64,000 nt of DNA from an uncultured Nitrososphaeraceae archaeon (GCA_963729045.1 CAVSMN010000018.1:78964-142963), one strand, 5' to 3'. Positions 11,688-23,102 are shown, numbered from the stretch's first letter. A program made the numbers and translations. Notes: generated from the letters alone by a model not told the origin.

Positions 11688-12035
11688 TGATTTAGTATGA
11701 AATTAGACGAATAAATCATTTTAATTCAAAATCTCTGAATCACAGTCGGAAAGAAAAATTATTTCTTGTTATAACATGCTTGACTCAAAAAAATTATGAA
11801 TTTCCTTAACTTAATTTCTAAACTACTTTTTTTCCAGATAAATAGATTAATTTTCAGATGTATAAAGGAAAGAATTACAAACTATTGAAGCAAGTAGGTC
11901 CCTAGTTTAGTAGGTACTTTGATTTGCTTGCAATAAAATGAATGGATTATCAAAATAAAAAGCAATCATCCATAAAAAATCATCTTTGAAAACCAAAAGA
12001 TATCTGGTTTAATAACCAAAGCAGGATTATATCCC

Positions 12036-12404
12036 TTATTCTGGTTTCTTTGCATAATCTCCCATACCAGTAAAGTCAATAGAAACACAGGGTTCATCTC
12101 CTACTACCCAAGCATCGTGCCCTGGTGGGATTACTGCGGTATCTCCGGGTCCCCCTTCAATTTCGGTTCCATCATCCATTCTTACTTTCATCCTTCCGGA
12201 GATAATTACTGAAGTATGCGGAGCCTGACAACTATTTGTGTTGACTAATGGTTTTACACATTTCCCCCAACTCCAACCTGGCTCGAGGATTGCTCTACCA
12301 ATTATGACATTGCCTAAGTTTACAATCTCAACTTTTCCCTTTTCAAAGGTTCTTACTTCATCAGGAGAGTCGAAATTTTTTGCTAGTAATTTTGTTGTTG
12401 ACAT
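12036..12404 (-). CDS. Cupin-domain protein
   Basis: PGWSW..CQAPH..SG...IPPGHDAWVVG pattern. Confidence 0.85.
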   Translation of the reverse strand: MSTTKLLAKNFDSPDEVRTFEKGKVEIVNLGNVIIGRAILEPGWSWGKCVKPLVNTNSCQAPHTSVIISGRMKVRMDDGTEIEGGPGDTAVIPPGHDAWVVGDEPCVSIDFTGMGDYAKKPE

Positions 12405-12448
12405 TTTATTATCAAAAGTAGGTTTGTAATGCTTTGATTATAAGCATT

Positions 12449-12481
12449 ATTCCATATCTATTCCAAATTTATTCCAAATTT
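12449..12481 (-). promoter_or_regulatory. 3x 11-bp direct repeat adjacent to TATA box of cupin gene
   Basis: attccatatct attccaaattt attccaaattt, 5 bp from ttataa (12438-12443). Confidence 0.7.
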
Positions 12482-12656
12482 TTGAATAACTCCAATTATT
12501 TGTATAGTACAAAATGATCTTGTCATGTCAAAAAGTATCGATATACTAGCTTCCATTCAATGTATGTATGTATAAAGCCAACATAAACAAGAATATTTCA
12601 CAGATTGTTACTATATTAGTAACTGTAATGGATTGACTAAATCTACAATTTTTTTC

Positions 12657-13310
12657 CTATTGAACTTTGAGTTCTGCACTACCAAATAGAACCGAAAATG
12701 CCTTACACCATATCAGGGCGGTGTCATATTTTGACAAGTCAGTACCAGGAGGAATATCATAATTTTGATTTCCATTATTAGCTTTTAGTTTCCCAAGATT
12801 TACAAAATCTAATGCATTCTTATCTGTTGATAAATAAACATACAGATCAGGTCCATTTGTTACCTTTAGATTTTCTAATCTAAGTACATTTGTATCGTCC
12901 TGGAGGGGAATAATTTTTGCTATGCCCTCTGCATTGTGAATTCCATCGTTAACACCGGTAAATACACCTGAAATTAGTGGTTGATTTGGATCAAATGAAG
13001 TAACAGTTTTATTTATAGATTCATCAATTTTGTTGTTACTGCTATCATTGCTTGAATTGGCATATTGAATCATCAGTTGGTTTTTCTGAGAATTGCTCAT
13101 ATTCTCTGCGGCTCTGACCCTTTCATCCTCGCCCATTTTGCTATACTTCTCAAAAGATATTGAAGAAGCGGAATTGGTAGGAAATTGCTCATTTATTTCT
13201 GTTGATATGAACAATGGCGAAGCTAGATAAACTGTTATCATCAAGGCAACTACACCAATAGTTAGATAAGTAATTTTCTTAAAAATAGGGTAATGTCCAT
13301 TACCATTCAT
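12657..13310 (-). CDS. Membrane-anchored DM13-domain protein
   Basis: HNAEG, NGPDLYVYLS, GNQNY, IWCKAFSVLFG motifs; N-terminal TM. Confidence 0.9.
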   Translation of the reverse strand: MNGNGHYPIFKKITYLTIGVVALMITVYLASPLFISTEINEQFPTNSASSISFEKYSKMGEDERVRAAENMSNSQKNQLMIQYANSSNDSSNNKIDESINKTVTSFDPNQPLISGVFTGVNDGIHNAEGIAKIIPLQDDTNVLRLENLKVTNGPDLYVYLSTDKNALDFVNLGKLKANNGNQNYDIPPGTDLSKYDTALIWCKAFSVLFGSAELKVQ

Positions 13311-13344
13311 AAAGAATAGATTAGATTGAAAGACTATAAAGGAT

Positions 13345-13377
13345 CTTCCATATTAGATCCAAATCTGTTCCAAATAT
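13345..13377 (-). promoter_or_regulatory. 3x 11-bp direct repeat adjacent to TATA box of DM13 gene
   Basis: cttccatatta gatccaaatct gttccaaatat, 4 bp from ctataaa (13334-13340). Confidence 0.65.
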
Positions 13378-13505
13378 TAGTTTTGGTATTCTGATAATTT
13401 TATGTGCAAGTCAGTGAGTCATAATGATGCAAAAACAAGATCTTAAAAATTGAACTGAAAGGAAAGATATGATATACTTTTGTTGAATTTTAGATAGTGT
13501 AGGTT

Positions 13506-14723
13506 TTACCCAAATGTAAATGTATATATCTGAAATCCTTTGCCTTTCACATCAATCATTATTGATCTTGGCTCATAGTCGTCATAAAGCCCTACATTAT
13601 ATAGCCTTTGTTTGTCGACTATAACGTTTCCATCTTTTTGGACATCAATAGCATGATTATCAATGCCTATTTTTGACAGGTTGCTTTCTAAGATAGATAC
13701 TTGTTGACCATTACCTGATGCAACAATGTTGATCGCTTTTGCATAATAGGTCAGAATGATTTTACCATCATCACTAATTAATTCCATATTGTCTTTATTG
13801 TTCTTCCAAATTCCATCAAAGTAAACGATATTAGGTTCTAAAGACGTTTTATTTGGATCAAATTTGTAGTCGACTGATTCATCCGGTTGGAAGCTCTCTA
13901 TATTACCTAATGGAGATCTGGCTGTGGAATATCCAAGATAAATTTCAGGGGAGAGATTTTGATTAGGGTCAACATAATCAAGGCTACCCGAAGTCATACT
14001 AGACAACATTGATTTGTTTAGGTTAAACGTTATTTCGGTCTTATTTTCTAAAGAAGCCTTTTCTGCAAGCAGTGTTTGAATGGTCTTTTCGGTCTCATTA
14101 TAGCCGCCTTCTCCAATGTGATCATCTCTAATATATCCCTGAGAATCTATTAGATAGTGCCTTGGCCAATAATTATTGTTATAAGCATCCCATGTCTTGT
14201 GTTCGCTATCGAGGACTATAGGGTATTTGATACCAAACTCTTTTACTGCATCCTGTACATTCTCTAGATTTTTTTCAAAATCAAACTCTGGTGAATGTAC
14301 TCCTACAATAACAAAACCCTGGTCTGAATATCTATCATACCAATCGTTAAGGTATGGAATAGTTCTAATACAGTTTATACAAGTATACGTCCAAAAATCC
14401 AAAAGTACTACCTTGTTTCTTAAATCAGACAGTTTTACAGGTTGATTGTTTGCTGTATTTATATAAGAATCAATTCCGGTTAACTCAGGAGCCTTAACAA
14501 ACCCACTCTTGTCTATGCTTGTAAAAGCGGTTTTATTTAACTTTAAGGTTACCAAATCACCACTCTTAATTAATGACTTGTCGACTATGTCTTCTAATTG
14601 TTTTTGTTGTAAATAGCTTTGAGAGGTATTTATATAAAAGTTAAAATAAATACCAAAGCCAGTAATTAACGAGATTACCGCCAAGGCAGTAAGAATTGCA
14701 CTGATATTGTCTTTGTTCATCAT
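13506..14723 (-). CDS. Membrane-anchored thioredoxin-like protein (DipZ C-terminal-like)
   Basis: DFWTYTCINC (CxxC), VHSPEF, GEGGY, C-terminal YTFTFG. Confidence 0.88.
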   Translation of the reverse strand: MMNKDNISAILTALAVISLITGFGIYFNFYINTSQSYLQQKQLEDIVDKSLIKSGDLVTLKLNKTAFTSIDKSGFVKAPELTGIDSYINTANNQPVKLSDLRNKVVLLDFWTYTCINCIRTIPYLNDWYDRYSDQGFVIVGVHSPEFDFEKNLENVQDAVKEFGIKYPIVLDSEHKTWDAYNNNYWPRHYLIDSQGYIRDDHIGEGGYNETEKTIQTLLAEKASLENKTEITFNLNKSMLSSMTSGSLDYVDPNQNLSPEIYLGYSTARSPLGNIESFQPDESVDYKFDPNKTSLEPNIVYFDGIWKNNKDNMELISDDGKIILTYYAKAINIVASGNGQQVSILESNLSKIGIDNHAIDVQKDGNVIVDKQRLYNVGLYDDYEPRSIMIDVKGKGFQIYTFTFG

Positions 14724-14749
14724 TTAATCATTCCATCTCCTCATCAGCA

Positions 14750-15541
14750 TTAACTGCCAATCAGCTGTCCAACAAATGGAATATTAATGAGAAGTGTCAA
14801 TTGATTGAAAAATATCAATAGTCCTATTACTATTAGAATACTCCCCATTATGAGATTGAAATATTTCAAATGTTTTGTCAGCTTCTTGATTACTCCTGTA
14901 GCTTGTGAAAAGAACGCCCCTGTAATTAAGAACGGAATTCCTAAACCTAATGAATATGCTAATAACAGGTTATAAGCTGTTCCAGGGTTTGTGGCAGCTA
15001 ATGTAAAAGTGCTCCCCAAGATAGGTCCTACACAAGGGGTCCATCCCGCAGCAAATGCTATACCAAATACAAAAGAGGTGATATAACTTGTCTTGAATTT
15101 AGGAATTTTAGTAAACTTTCTTTCCATATTAAGTCGACTTATTTTTAAAGAAAGAATCAAATTTGCTCCAAATGCGATAATAACAATTCCTCCTATGTAA
15201 GACAAATATTGTTGAAAATTGTATCCAATGGTTGTGGCAAAAATGCTATTCAGAATGACACCCAATACTGAAAATACGAGTGAAAATCCCAGTACGAAAT
15301 AAATTGTATTTATAAAAATATTTAGCCGTACCTTTTTTGAAACAAATATTATTTGATTACTATTTGGACTTTTATTTTCTTGGCTACCTTGGACTTTTTG
15401 TATGTCATCATTTGTTGCCTCTCTAATTGATGAGCTGGACAGATAAGACAAAAATCCAGGAATGATGGGCAAAATACATGGAGATAAGAATGAGCCCAAT
15501 CCAGCAAGGGCAGAAAGCAAAATGGGAGTTTCTATTGTCAA
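14750..15541 (-). CDS. ccdA: CcdA/DsbD-type cytochrome c biogenesis / disulfide reductase membrane protein
   Basis: SFLSPCILP and GWTPCVGPIL motifs, about 6 TM helices; likely TTG start at 15541 (ORF track extends to 15610). Confidence 0.88.
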   Translation of the reverse strand: MTIETPILLSALAGLGSFLSPCILPIIPGFLSYLSSSSIREATNDDIQKVQGSQENKSPNSNQIIFVSKKVRLNIFINTIYFVLGFSLVFSVLGVILNSIFATTIGYNFQQYLSYIGGIVIIAFGANLILSLKISRLNMERKFTKIPKFKTSYITSFVFGIAFAAGWTPCVGPILGSTFTLAATNPGTAYNLLLAYSLGLGIPFLITGAFFSQATGVIKKLTKHLKYFNLIMGSILIVIGLLIFFNQLTLLINIPFVGQLIGS

Positions 15542-15664
15542 TCGAACATTCCCAACCTTCTTTTCTTTGTATAGTCTGTGGTTGCAATTACAATTGTCAA
15601 TGCAATACAAATCAAAAAGTTTTTGTTCATGGAAACACTAGTCATAAAAATGCATTAATAGTTA

Positions 15665-15697
15665 TTTCCAGATCTATTCCAGATCTATTCCAGATCT
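15665..15697 (-). promoter_or_regulatory. 3x 11-bp direct repeat adjacent to TATA box of ccdA operon
   Basis: tttccagatct attccagatct attccagatct, 4 bp from ttaata (15655-15660). Confidence 0.75.
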
Positions 15698-15801
15698 TGT
15701 TTGACAAAAATGATTTGATTTTATTTAAAGGATTGGTGAGTTATATACTACTGCTAAAAAACAACAATCCAACAACGAGAATAGTTGAATGACTCGGCAA
15801 T

Positions 15802-16089
15802 TTATTCCAGAGTTATCTTTAGGAATATGATTAAGCCCGCCATTTCAGCAATGGAAATAGTAAGTAGATAAGGTACAAGTAAATCAGAAAATAACATTGA
15901 CATGGTAATGTACGAATAAACAGATATTATGCTATTTATCATAAGCAAGCTGCAAAAGAAGATCAAGCCTAAGGTAAAGTTGGCTCTGCTGTTTAGGTAT
16001 ATTTTTGCAAATGTAAATACCAAAGCACCTAGCAATCCCAAATTTACCATATTAATAAGTGCATTGATTGTACCCATCCAAACGTCCAT
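15802..16089 (-). CDS. Small 3-TM membrane protein
   Basis: Hydrophobic 95-aa ORF directly downstream of the wHTH regulator. Confidence 0.75.
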   Translation of the reverse strand: MDVWMGTINALINMVNLGLLGALVFTFAKIYLNSRANFTLGLIFFCSLLMINSIISVYSYITMSMLFSDLLVPYLLTISIAEMAGLIIFLKITLE

Positions 16090-16134
16090 TTAACTAAATC
16101 GTATGTAAATGCAGTGTAAGTATTTATTTATTTA

Positions 16135-16156
16135 TTTCCAGATCTATTCCACATTC
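16135..16156 (-). promoter_or_regulatory. 2x 11-bp direct repeat adjacent to TATA box of small membrane protein gene
   Basis: tttccagatct attccacattc next to tatttattta. Confidence 0.65.
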
Positions 16157-16160
16157 TAAT

Positions 16161-16472
16161 CTAGGATTTGTTTTTTCTGGATTTTTGTATTTTATCTTTT
16201 ACTTCTTTAAAAGCCTCCATGTTTACCTCTAAATAAGTTGATATAAAGTACAAAATACCATATTTTTCTCCTTCCTTTGTAATTAGATTATTTTTTTCTA
16301 AAACGTGTATATGGTGTTGTATAGCCTTGTAGTCAATTTTGATAATATCCGATAATTGATTGATATTGTATGGTTGTTCAATTAGCAATTCTATTATAGA
16401 TATTCGATTCATGCCACCCCTTGACCCTGCAAATAAAAACCAAAACAGTTTCTTAGCGTTAGGGTCGGCCAT
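16161..16472 (-). CDS. ArsR-like winged helix-turn-helix regulator
   Basis: LFWFLFAGSRGG.NR..I, NQLS...DYKAIQHHIHVLEKN.LI, YG.LYF. Confidence 0.88.
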   Translation of the reverse strand: MADPNAKKLFWFLFAGSRGGMNRISIIELLIEQPYNINQLSDIIKIDYKAIQHHIHVLEKNNLITKEGEKYGILYFISTYLEVNMEAFKEVKDKIQKSRKNKS

Positions 16473-16564
16473 TATCCATCTTATTTTTGATTAAGCATCT
16501 AATAGATACTCTAGATAATAAGTTTGACATATTTAGTATTGATAATCAAATTCAGATTAGAGCA

Positions 16565-16606
16565 GTTCTCATCCATGAGTATTGAGTTCCTTGCAATAAC
16601 AGAATC
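16565..16606 (+). repeat. Dispersed repeat, arm type A (diverged)
   Basis: gttctcatccatgagtattgagttccttgcaataacagaatc. Confidence 0.65.
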
Positions 16607-16673
16607 ATGTATAAGCAATTTACAACTGATTTGACATTAGGTTTTGGTCTAAAGTTTTAACCATGGCAAGTTA

Positions 16674-17700
16674 TTATCTAACCGCCAAAGCCCAAGGATG
16701 TTGTAAACGATATTCCTTAGGCCAAGGAATGTCTAATATATTCCACGATATTCCAGAATCTTCAGAGCAATATATACCTCTATTATTCAAACAATAGAAT
16801 TCATCCTTGATCTTGGGATTAGATTGAAGAATAGAAATTACTGTTCCCTTTGATTCAGGTAAACCACTATTAGACAAAACCCATTCTTGATTTTCTTCGT
16901 CAGAATCACGTCTATATACAAAAGTCTCTAGATCTTCTATGGCGTGTGACTTCCAAGCATTACTAGCTGCCGATACTATAATATTATAAGGGTTATCAGA
17001 ATTTACTGCAACACTATAAAGATAAGTATGATTTTCTAGTCCCTTATTTAGTCTGTACCATGTATTTCCATAATCTCTGCTTTCAAAATATCCATCTCCT
17101 GCTGCTGAGTAGAGTCTTTGTGGGACCTTTTTATGAGTTCTTAATGTGTGAGTATCGTATGGCCCATCTTTTGCTTTGTCTATCCATGACTTTCCTCCAT
17201 CAACACTCTTGATTAGTGCTCCTGCCTCAATTGCAACGAAAATATATTCTTTATTATTTACATCAGGTTCTATCCAACGAACATGATGAGTCCACGGTCT
17301 TGGAGGGAATGACCAACTCGAAGATGAAGGCAATTTATTAAATTCATCGATCTTTTCCCATGTATTACCTCCATCAATTGACGAATAAATTATACTTGGT
17401 TCCATTCCTACAAATAACTTGTCAAACCTCTTTTCACCTTTTTCCATAGAGCGTGTAGCAAGAGACATAATGTTACAACCAGAGGTATTTAACGACGTTT
17501 TATTCCATGTATAGCCATTATCATCAGTTTTCCAAAGTCCATTATCAAAAGTACCACAATACGCCCTCTCAGAATTTTGCGAATCAAATGCCAGGCTGCT
17601 TGGATCCAACCCTTTCAAGTGTTCTTGAACTCTCCATCCATCTTTTGAAGAATCCGCTACCAAAAGTGAGTTTTGTAGCGAAGCTAAGACTAGTAGTCAA
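16674..17700 (-). CDS. BNR/Asp-box beta-propeller protein
   Basis: Repeated S.DGG.TW Asp-boxes, WSFPPRP; TTG at 17700 is one base out of frame with the ORF called from 17663. Confidence 0.8.
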
Positions 17701-17819
17701 CTATAATAATCATTATTGTTTCTAGATAACATTATTTAAGAATTAATTTTGAAGGTATATGAAATGCAAACTTGACGAGAAGATACTTTTATTCAATCAT
17801 CGTCATAACTATTAGTTCG

Positions 17820-17854
17820 CATCATCCATTGAGAACTAGTAACAAATTTGACTA
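17820..17854 (+). repeat. Dispersed repeat core with arm type C
   Basis: catcatccattgagaactagtaacaaatttgacta; arm shared with 19134. Confidence 0.55.
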
Positions 17855-18032
17855 TAAAATTGAGTTGGAATAAGATGTTGATAAGGTAGCAATTTAAGAC
17901 TATCACGAACATACTAAATAAAAAATTTTAACTATTAAGCCAATGGTAAAATATCGATTAAATCTAAAATTAAGGATGATTGATTGACACTTTATCTATC
18001 AACCAAACTCTGCAGAGTACTACGGCAGATTA

Positions 18033-18257
18033 TTGGAAATATCAGACTATGCTGCAAAATATGAGGACGATAATATTATCATAGTGCCTGACTATACTAA
18101 AGTGCTACTAGCCTCTGTTACAGATCCAATCAAACATGATAGGGAAGCAGAATGTTTTTTATCATATTCTGACAACGAAAAGATAGCTTATGCATATATA
18201 ACAACATTCGAAAAATTATGGTTACTTCAGACCGTAACGAGATTGGAGGTAAGATAA
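18033..18257 (+). pseudogene. Probable remnant of a sensor-kinase-associated domain
   Basis: YSDNEKIAYAYITTFEKLW resembles segments of Nitrososphaerales histidine kinases; short, no kinase core. Confidence 0.35.
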
Positions 18258-18571
18258 AATCTTTTACTACCCTAATATCAACTATCATTCTATTTCCTCT
18301 TTGGAGAAAATTATTGATCTTATACAGGATAGAATCATTCCTTCCATCTAAATATTTCCTGTTTTATCATGAATGTTTCGAGAATCTTGTATATAAAACT
18401 AAATCGCAAATCTATATTTGGATGAATATGTCGATCTCACGAATTGAAGACTTTTGAAAATATCAGAATTTAATTATCTTGTTTTGCTTTACTTTACTGT
18501 ACGAGTTCCTAAATATCTAAAGAGAAACTGAAATTTTTTAAATATGTAGTATTCTTAATATATTTCAGAAC

Positions 18572-19087
18572 ATGAATACTATTGATTGTATTGCCACAAA
18601 ACTGGATATAAGAGAATTTAATAATGAGAATGTCTCGTCAAGCATAATATCTACAATTCTTGATTCTGCTAGGTATAGTGGCAGTGGTCTAAATACTCAA
18701 CATTGGAGATTCATAGTAATAAAAGAAAAAAATAACTTAAAGAAATTGTCTGAAGATAGTACTAGTGGGCAGTGGATAATTGGAGCAAATTTTGCTATCA
18801 TAATATTAACAGATCCAAAATACGGCTTTCATGTACTAGATGCAGGAAGAGTTATACAAAATATACAATTATCTGCATGGGATAATGGTGTTGGTTCAGG
18901 ATTATATACGGGTATAAGAGAAGATGAAATGAGAAACGATTTCAATATCCCATCTAATCTTAGCATCTCTGCTGTAGTGGGTTTTGGATATCCTAAAAAG
19001 TCTATTACAGGCAAGAGGAAAAATCGCAAACCATTAAACGAATTGGCTTACAAAGAAGTTTTTGGAAATTCGGATAATTTAACGTAA
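18572..19087 (+). CDS. Nitroreductase family protein
   Basis: IREF, SG.NTQHWRF, DAG..IQN..L.A...GVGS, GFGYP, RKPL. Confidence 0.9.
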   Translation: MNTIDCIATKLDIREFNNENVSSSIISTILDSARYSGSGLNTQHWRFIVIKEKNNLKKLSEDSTSGQWIIGANFAIIILTDPKYGFHVLDAGRVIQNIQLSAWDNGVGSGLYTGIREDEMRNDFNIPSNLSISAVVGFGYPKKSITGKRKNRKPLNELAYKEVFGNSDNLT

Positions 19088-19133
19088 AGGGTCACAGAGA
19101 AGATTTAAAGAGATTTATTCTGATACGTCATTC

Positions 19134-19166
19134 GGGGCGTATGGGAGCTAGTAACAAATTTTACTA
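19134..19166 (+). repeat. Dispersed repeat core with arm type C
   Basis: ggggcgtatgggagctagtaacaaattttacta; TAGTAA-6-TTACTA dyad. Confidence 0.5.
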
Positions 19167-19930
19167 ATTTAACGGATTTATAGACAGAAATCTTGATGTG
19201 TAATTCAATATTATCAAGTTAATTTTCAATGTGATCCCTTCAATATTAATTGTCTTAAGAGCTTGCCTACCGATACCTACTCCATAGTCAAGTTTTGATT
19301 AGTAAATTTCATACTGATCTTTACTCATCAACTATAAATCTACACAGATCAAGAATTATCAAACGATACTCGTAAAAATCAATATATATCCAGGAGAAGA
19401 ACATACTCATCTCCATATGTACTAATTGTTCTCTTATGCTTTTATTCCATAATACAATTCTGTGAATGGCTAACCCCAAATCTAATCTCCGATCTGCAAT
19501 GGTAAAGTCGCATCCAATATTTTGATAGAACAATTCTGCTACTTTTTCTTGTGTATTATATTTTAGTAGAATCTAGATAAAAGCCCATATAGTAACTGGC
19601 CAGTGGATTTAGTAATGGATGTGTTATGAGTATAAATTACTTATTTTTTTAATTCTAAGAAATAGGAAATGAATGAACAATTTCCTAATTTCTTCTATAG
19701 AAATTCGTTATTCTACTATCAAATTCCTGATTGCTCATAATACTTAAGAATTAATTACAGTCTAATGATTAGTAAACAATAACGGGAATCAAAGATACTA
19801 AGGATCTTTTTGTTGAATACCAAACCAATCAGTTTTTCATTTTTTTCCAATTTAGTGGTGGTTATAATCATTGGATAAGGTATTCAAAACTAATAGCAAA
19901 TGTTATAAAATAGGTTTGAATGAATAATGT

Positions 19931-20497
19931 GTGACAAATACAAATCAACCCTCGAAGAAGAATGAGAAGGCGACAATTAACGGCAAATTTAAACGAGTTA
20001 TCATATTACCGTTAGTAGCCATACTAATTACTTCCACTTTCCTCGGTGTTTCATTAGGCCAAGATCGATATGCATACTCTCAATCTTCCAATACCAGCTC
20101 CACAGTGAATGCAACAAGTACCGGAGTAGACCTAGTAGATATTCGTCCTTCACCTTCAAATGTAAAGACGGGGAACACTTTTGAACTACTAGCAACAGTG
20201 GTTAATAAATCACCAGACACAATAATATTACCTGCTGGCCGTTGTGATTCACCTTTAACTGCGTTCTTCATGGCAAATGTAGTCATAAGACAGGATCAAC
20301 TCCAAGGCTGCACCGCTAATTCATCCCCATTCGAATTAAACCAAGGAGAAGAGGTTACAGTTGCCGGTCCAGTTCCAGGTACATTATACCAAGCAATCAA
20401 GGCGGGAAAAACTCCAGCGACCGCCACTGTTTATTACCTAACTGAGGATATGCAGCCTGGTAACGTTACAAAACCATTTGTATTTACTATTAGTTAG
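19931..20497 (+). CDS. Secreted/membrane-anchored hypothetical protein (beta-rich, Ig-like)
   Basis: Basic N-terminus plus hydrophobic segment, S/T linker, two Cys. Confidence 0.7.
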   Translation: MTNTNQPSKKNEKATINGKFKRVIILPLVAILITSTFLGVSLGQDRYAYSQSSNTSSTVNATSTGVDLVDIRPSPSNVKTGNTFELLATVVNKSPDTIILPAGRCDSPLTAFFMANVVIRQDQLQGCTANSSPFELNQGEEVTVAGPVPGTLYQAIKAGKTPATATVYYLTEDMQPGNVTKPFVFTIS

Positions 20498-21075
20498 TAC
20501 TAAGATGGCATTGTAATGACAAAAGATAACGAAAGACAGTTTCTTTCTAAAGTATGCAGACGGTGGTATTACATAGAATAATCAAATTGAAGTTTAGGAT
20601 GTCCCAATTTTCGGCTCTGTTAACTTTAAGAAAATTTTTAAACGCCTCAAATAAGTATCTCTTGTTAGAGGCGATCTCATTTCTTATAGATATAAGGAAT
20701 ATGCGTTACAGTACTCCTCATTTTCTATTTCTTCTTGTGATTTTCTAAATACTATTTTCTCTCACTTTTTTTAGCGAGTCTTAATAATGTTAAAATTACA
20801 ACTGGCCGGGTGGTTTCCGTTGCATATTTTGTCACTAAAAAAGGTCCAAATACGATATTTCAAGAATTATTCATACTTTTCAAATACTGAATATTCAAAA
20901 TGATTTATATGAATACCATTTTTGTAAACCCTTTTTGTAAGCACCTAGATTATATGATTAATTTAGACATATCCACCATTTTTGATGTTTAGGACAAGGA
21001 TGTTTAACAAATCCTTTTAGGACTAGATTCTATTTACAAACTTAAATGGTATCAGTACTGCATTCCTTAATCAAA

Positions 21076-21552
21076 TTAGACTGACATTTTTGAAAATGCT
21101 TCTTCAGCTGCCTTTTTCATTTCTTCTTTTGTTAGATCCTTGATGTGTGTAGCGATTGCCCAGATATGTCCAAACGGATCTTGGATGCTTCCATGTCTAT
21201 CACCATAGAACTGATCTTGAACTGGGAATAACGATTTTCCTCCTTCAGCTACTGCAAGATTAAATGTTTTGTCCACATCTTCGACATATAGATACAACGA
21301 TACTGGACTTCCACCTATACTAGTAGGCGATAAACTTTTCATTTTTGGAAATTCATCTGATAACATAATTTTTGAATCGCCTATCATTAATTCTGCATGA
21401 GCTACGGATTTATTATCCGGCATCATCATGGTTCCCTTGTCAATTGCTCCAAACACTTTTTTATAATATTCAATTGCCTTTAGTCCATCTTTTACTATTA
21501 ACATAGGTGTGATTGAATGATACCCATCTGGAATTTTTTTTACATCGTTCAT
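21076..21552 (-). CDS. VOC/glyoxalase family protein (PhnB-like)
   Basis: IPDGYHSITP, HAEL, FYGDR.G.IQDPFGH.W. Confidence 0.9.
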   Translation of the reverse strand: MNDVKKIPDGYHSITPMLIVKDGLKAIEYYKKVFGAIDKGTMMMPDNKSVAHAELMIGDSKIMLSDEFPKMKSLSPTSIGGSPVSLYLYVEDVDKTFNLAVAEGGKSLFPVQDQFYGDRHGSIQDPFGHIWAIATHIKDLTKEEMKKAAEEAFSKMSV

Positions 21553-21817
21553 TAATAATTCTATAAATTGGTTAAATTTATAATAGCTTGTTTAAGTTTG
21601 TTGACTGTTTGTTAATTATAAATATTGTAATTAAATGTGTATAATAGTACTACTCAGCGTAAGTTTTCATGTGTCTTTTGACATAGTATTAAAATATTTC
21701 AACATACATTGGATTGAAAGATCTGAAATTTTCAAATATAAATAGAGAGGATAATCAAGATATTAAATACGCGAACAACAACTAATTATTCCAGTTATTT
21801 TCTCACTCCTTTTGGTT

Positions 21818-22429
21818 TTAATTTTTCTTTACCTCATAGTGGAGCAAAACTAAACCACAGTCAAATCCTCTTGATTCGATCAAGGTAAATCTTTGAATCT
21901 CCTCTAGGTTTTTAAAGATAGTTTTTCCGTTTCCAATTACAACAGGATTAACAAATAAATAAAATTCGTCAATTAGTTTTTCTTTAATCAAAGAGGAATC
22001 GAAAGAAACACCACCGTAAACTATGATATCCCCGCCATTTTGGTTCTTTAATTTGGTTATTTCGTCTTTGAGGTCACCTGTTGCAATGTCTGTATTTATC
22101 CACCTAGATTTGTTTAGTGTTTTAGTGAATACAACTTTAGGAATTTCAATCATTTTTTTAGCTAGTGCATTCATCGGGTCATCGGGTTTGTTCATAACGT
22201 CTGTCCAATATGGAATAAAGCCATCGACCATTTTTCGTCCCATAATAATGGTATCAACAGATTCAGTTATATCATTTACATATTTTATGTATTTATCATC
22301 CCAGACTAGCCAGTCCATTTCATTGTTTGGTCCTGCGATACAACCATCAACTGAAATTTGCACCTGTAGTCTTAATTTTCTCATTACCTTTTTGTTATTG
22401 TTCATCTGTACTTCCCTCACAATTCTCAT
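21818..22429 (-). CDS. Dihydrofolate reductase / RibD C-terminal domain protein
   Basis: ISVDG.IAGPN, IIMGRK, YGG, IDEF.L...PV..G.GK; real start probably a downstream Met. Confidence 0.88.
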   Translation of the reverse strand: MRIVREVQMNNNKKVMRKLRLQVQISVDGCIAGPNNEMDWLVWDDKYIKYVNDITESVDTIIMGRKMVDGFIPYWTDVMNKPDDPMNALAKKMIEIPKVVFTKTLNKSRWINTDIATGDLKDEITKLKNQNGGDIIVYGGVSFDSSLIKEKLIDEFYLFVNPVVIGNGKTIFKNLEEIQRFTLIESRGFDCGLVLLHYEVKKN

Positions 22430-22975
22430 TTAGAAGATCCTGTGTTCCCTTTGCCGAATTTCATTGACAAACTCAAAACATTCTTGCAAATTAGGATTAG
22501 TCATGAGTAATAAGACATCAAGGGCGCCTAATAAGTATACACGGGATCAAATGTATAGTTGAAATTCATATTGCTTTGTAAGAAAAGAACGATAATAGGC
22601 AGAAAGTTGTTCCAGTTGGAGATAAATTGATAGATATTGGAATTTTCTTCTTAACCAACATCACAATTAAATCATGTGGATATGATTCAAGATTAAACTC
22701 ATTCTCTATATATAGTAACATGTGACTTTATAGAATTAAGATATATACAATACGATAAGACAATGACTGATTCAAAAAAAGAGGTCGAGTTGAATTAAGG
22801 TAATATACACACATTTTATCTCTGAAGAGAGACCAAACTTTCTTATAAATCAAATACTTGAATTTTTCAAGTAATTATTGTTTGTTAATCCCGAAGTAGA
22901 ATCTATAGCATATGGAACTAGTCTAGTTATGTTTTATATATTGATTAAAATATATCGTTTTACCTATTAGTAACA

Positions 22976-23018
22976 GATCTTATCCTTAGAGATAGAGTTC
23001 CTAGTGGTAATTTGGCTC
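22976..23018 (+). repeat. Dispersed repeat, arm type A (diverged)
   Basis: gatcttatccttagagatagagttcctagtggtaatttggctc. Confidence 0.65.
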
Positions 23019-23102
23019 ATGGTTATAGTAGTTCTTATTATTAAGGTGTATTATTAAGTAGAACTTTTTCTTCACGCCCATCCCCACGCACATGTTTATG
23101 TG

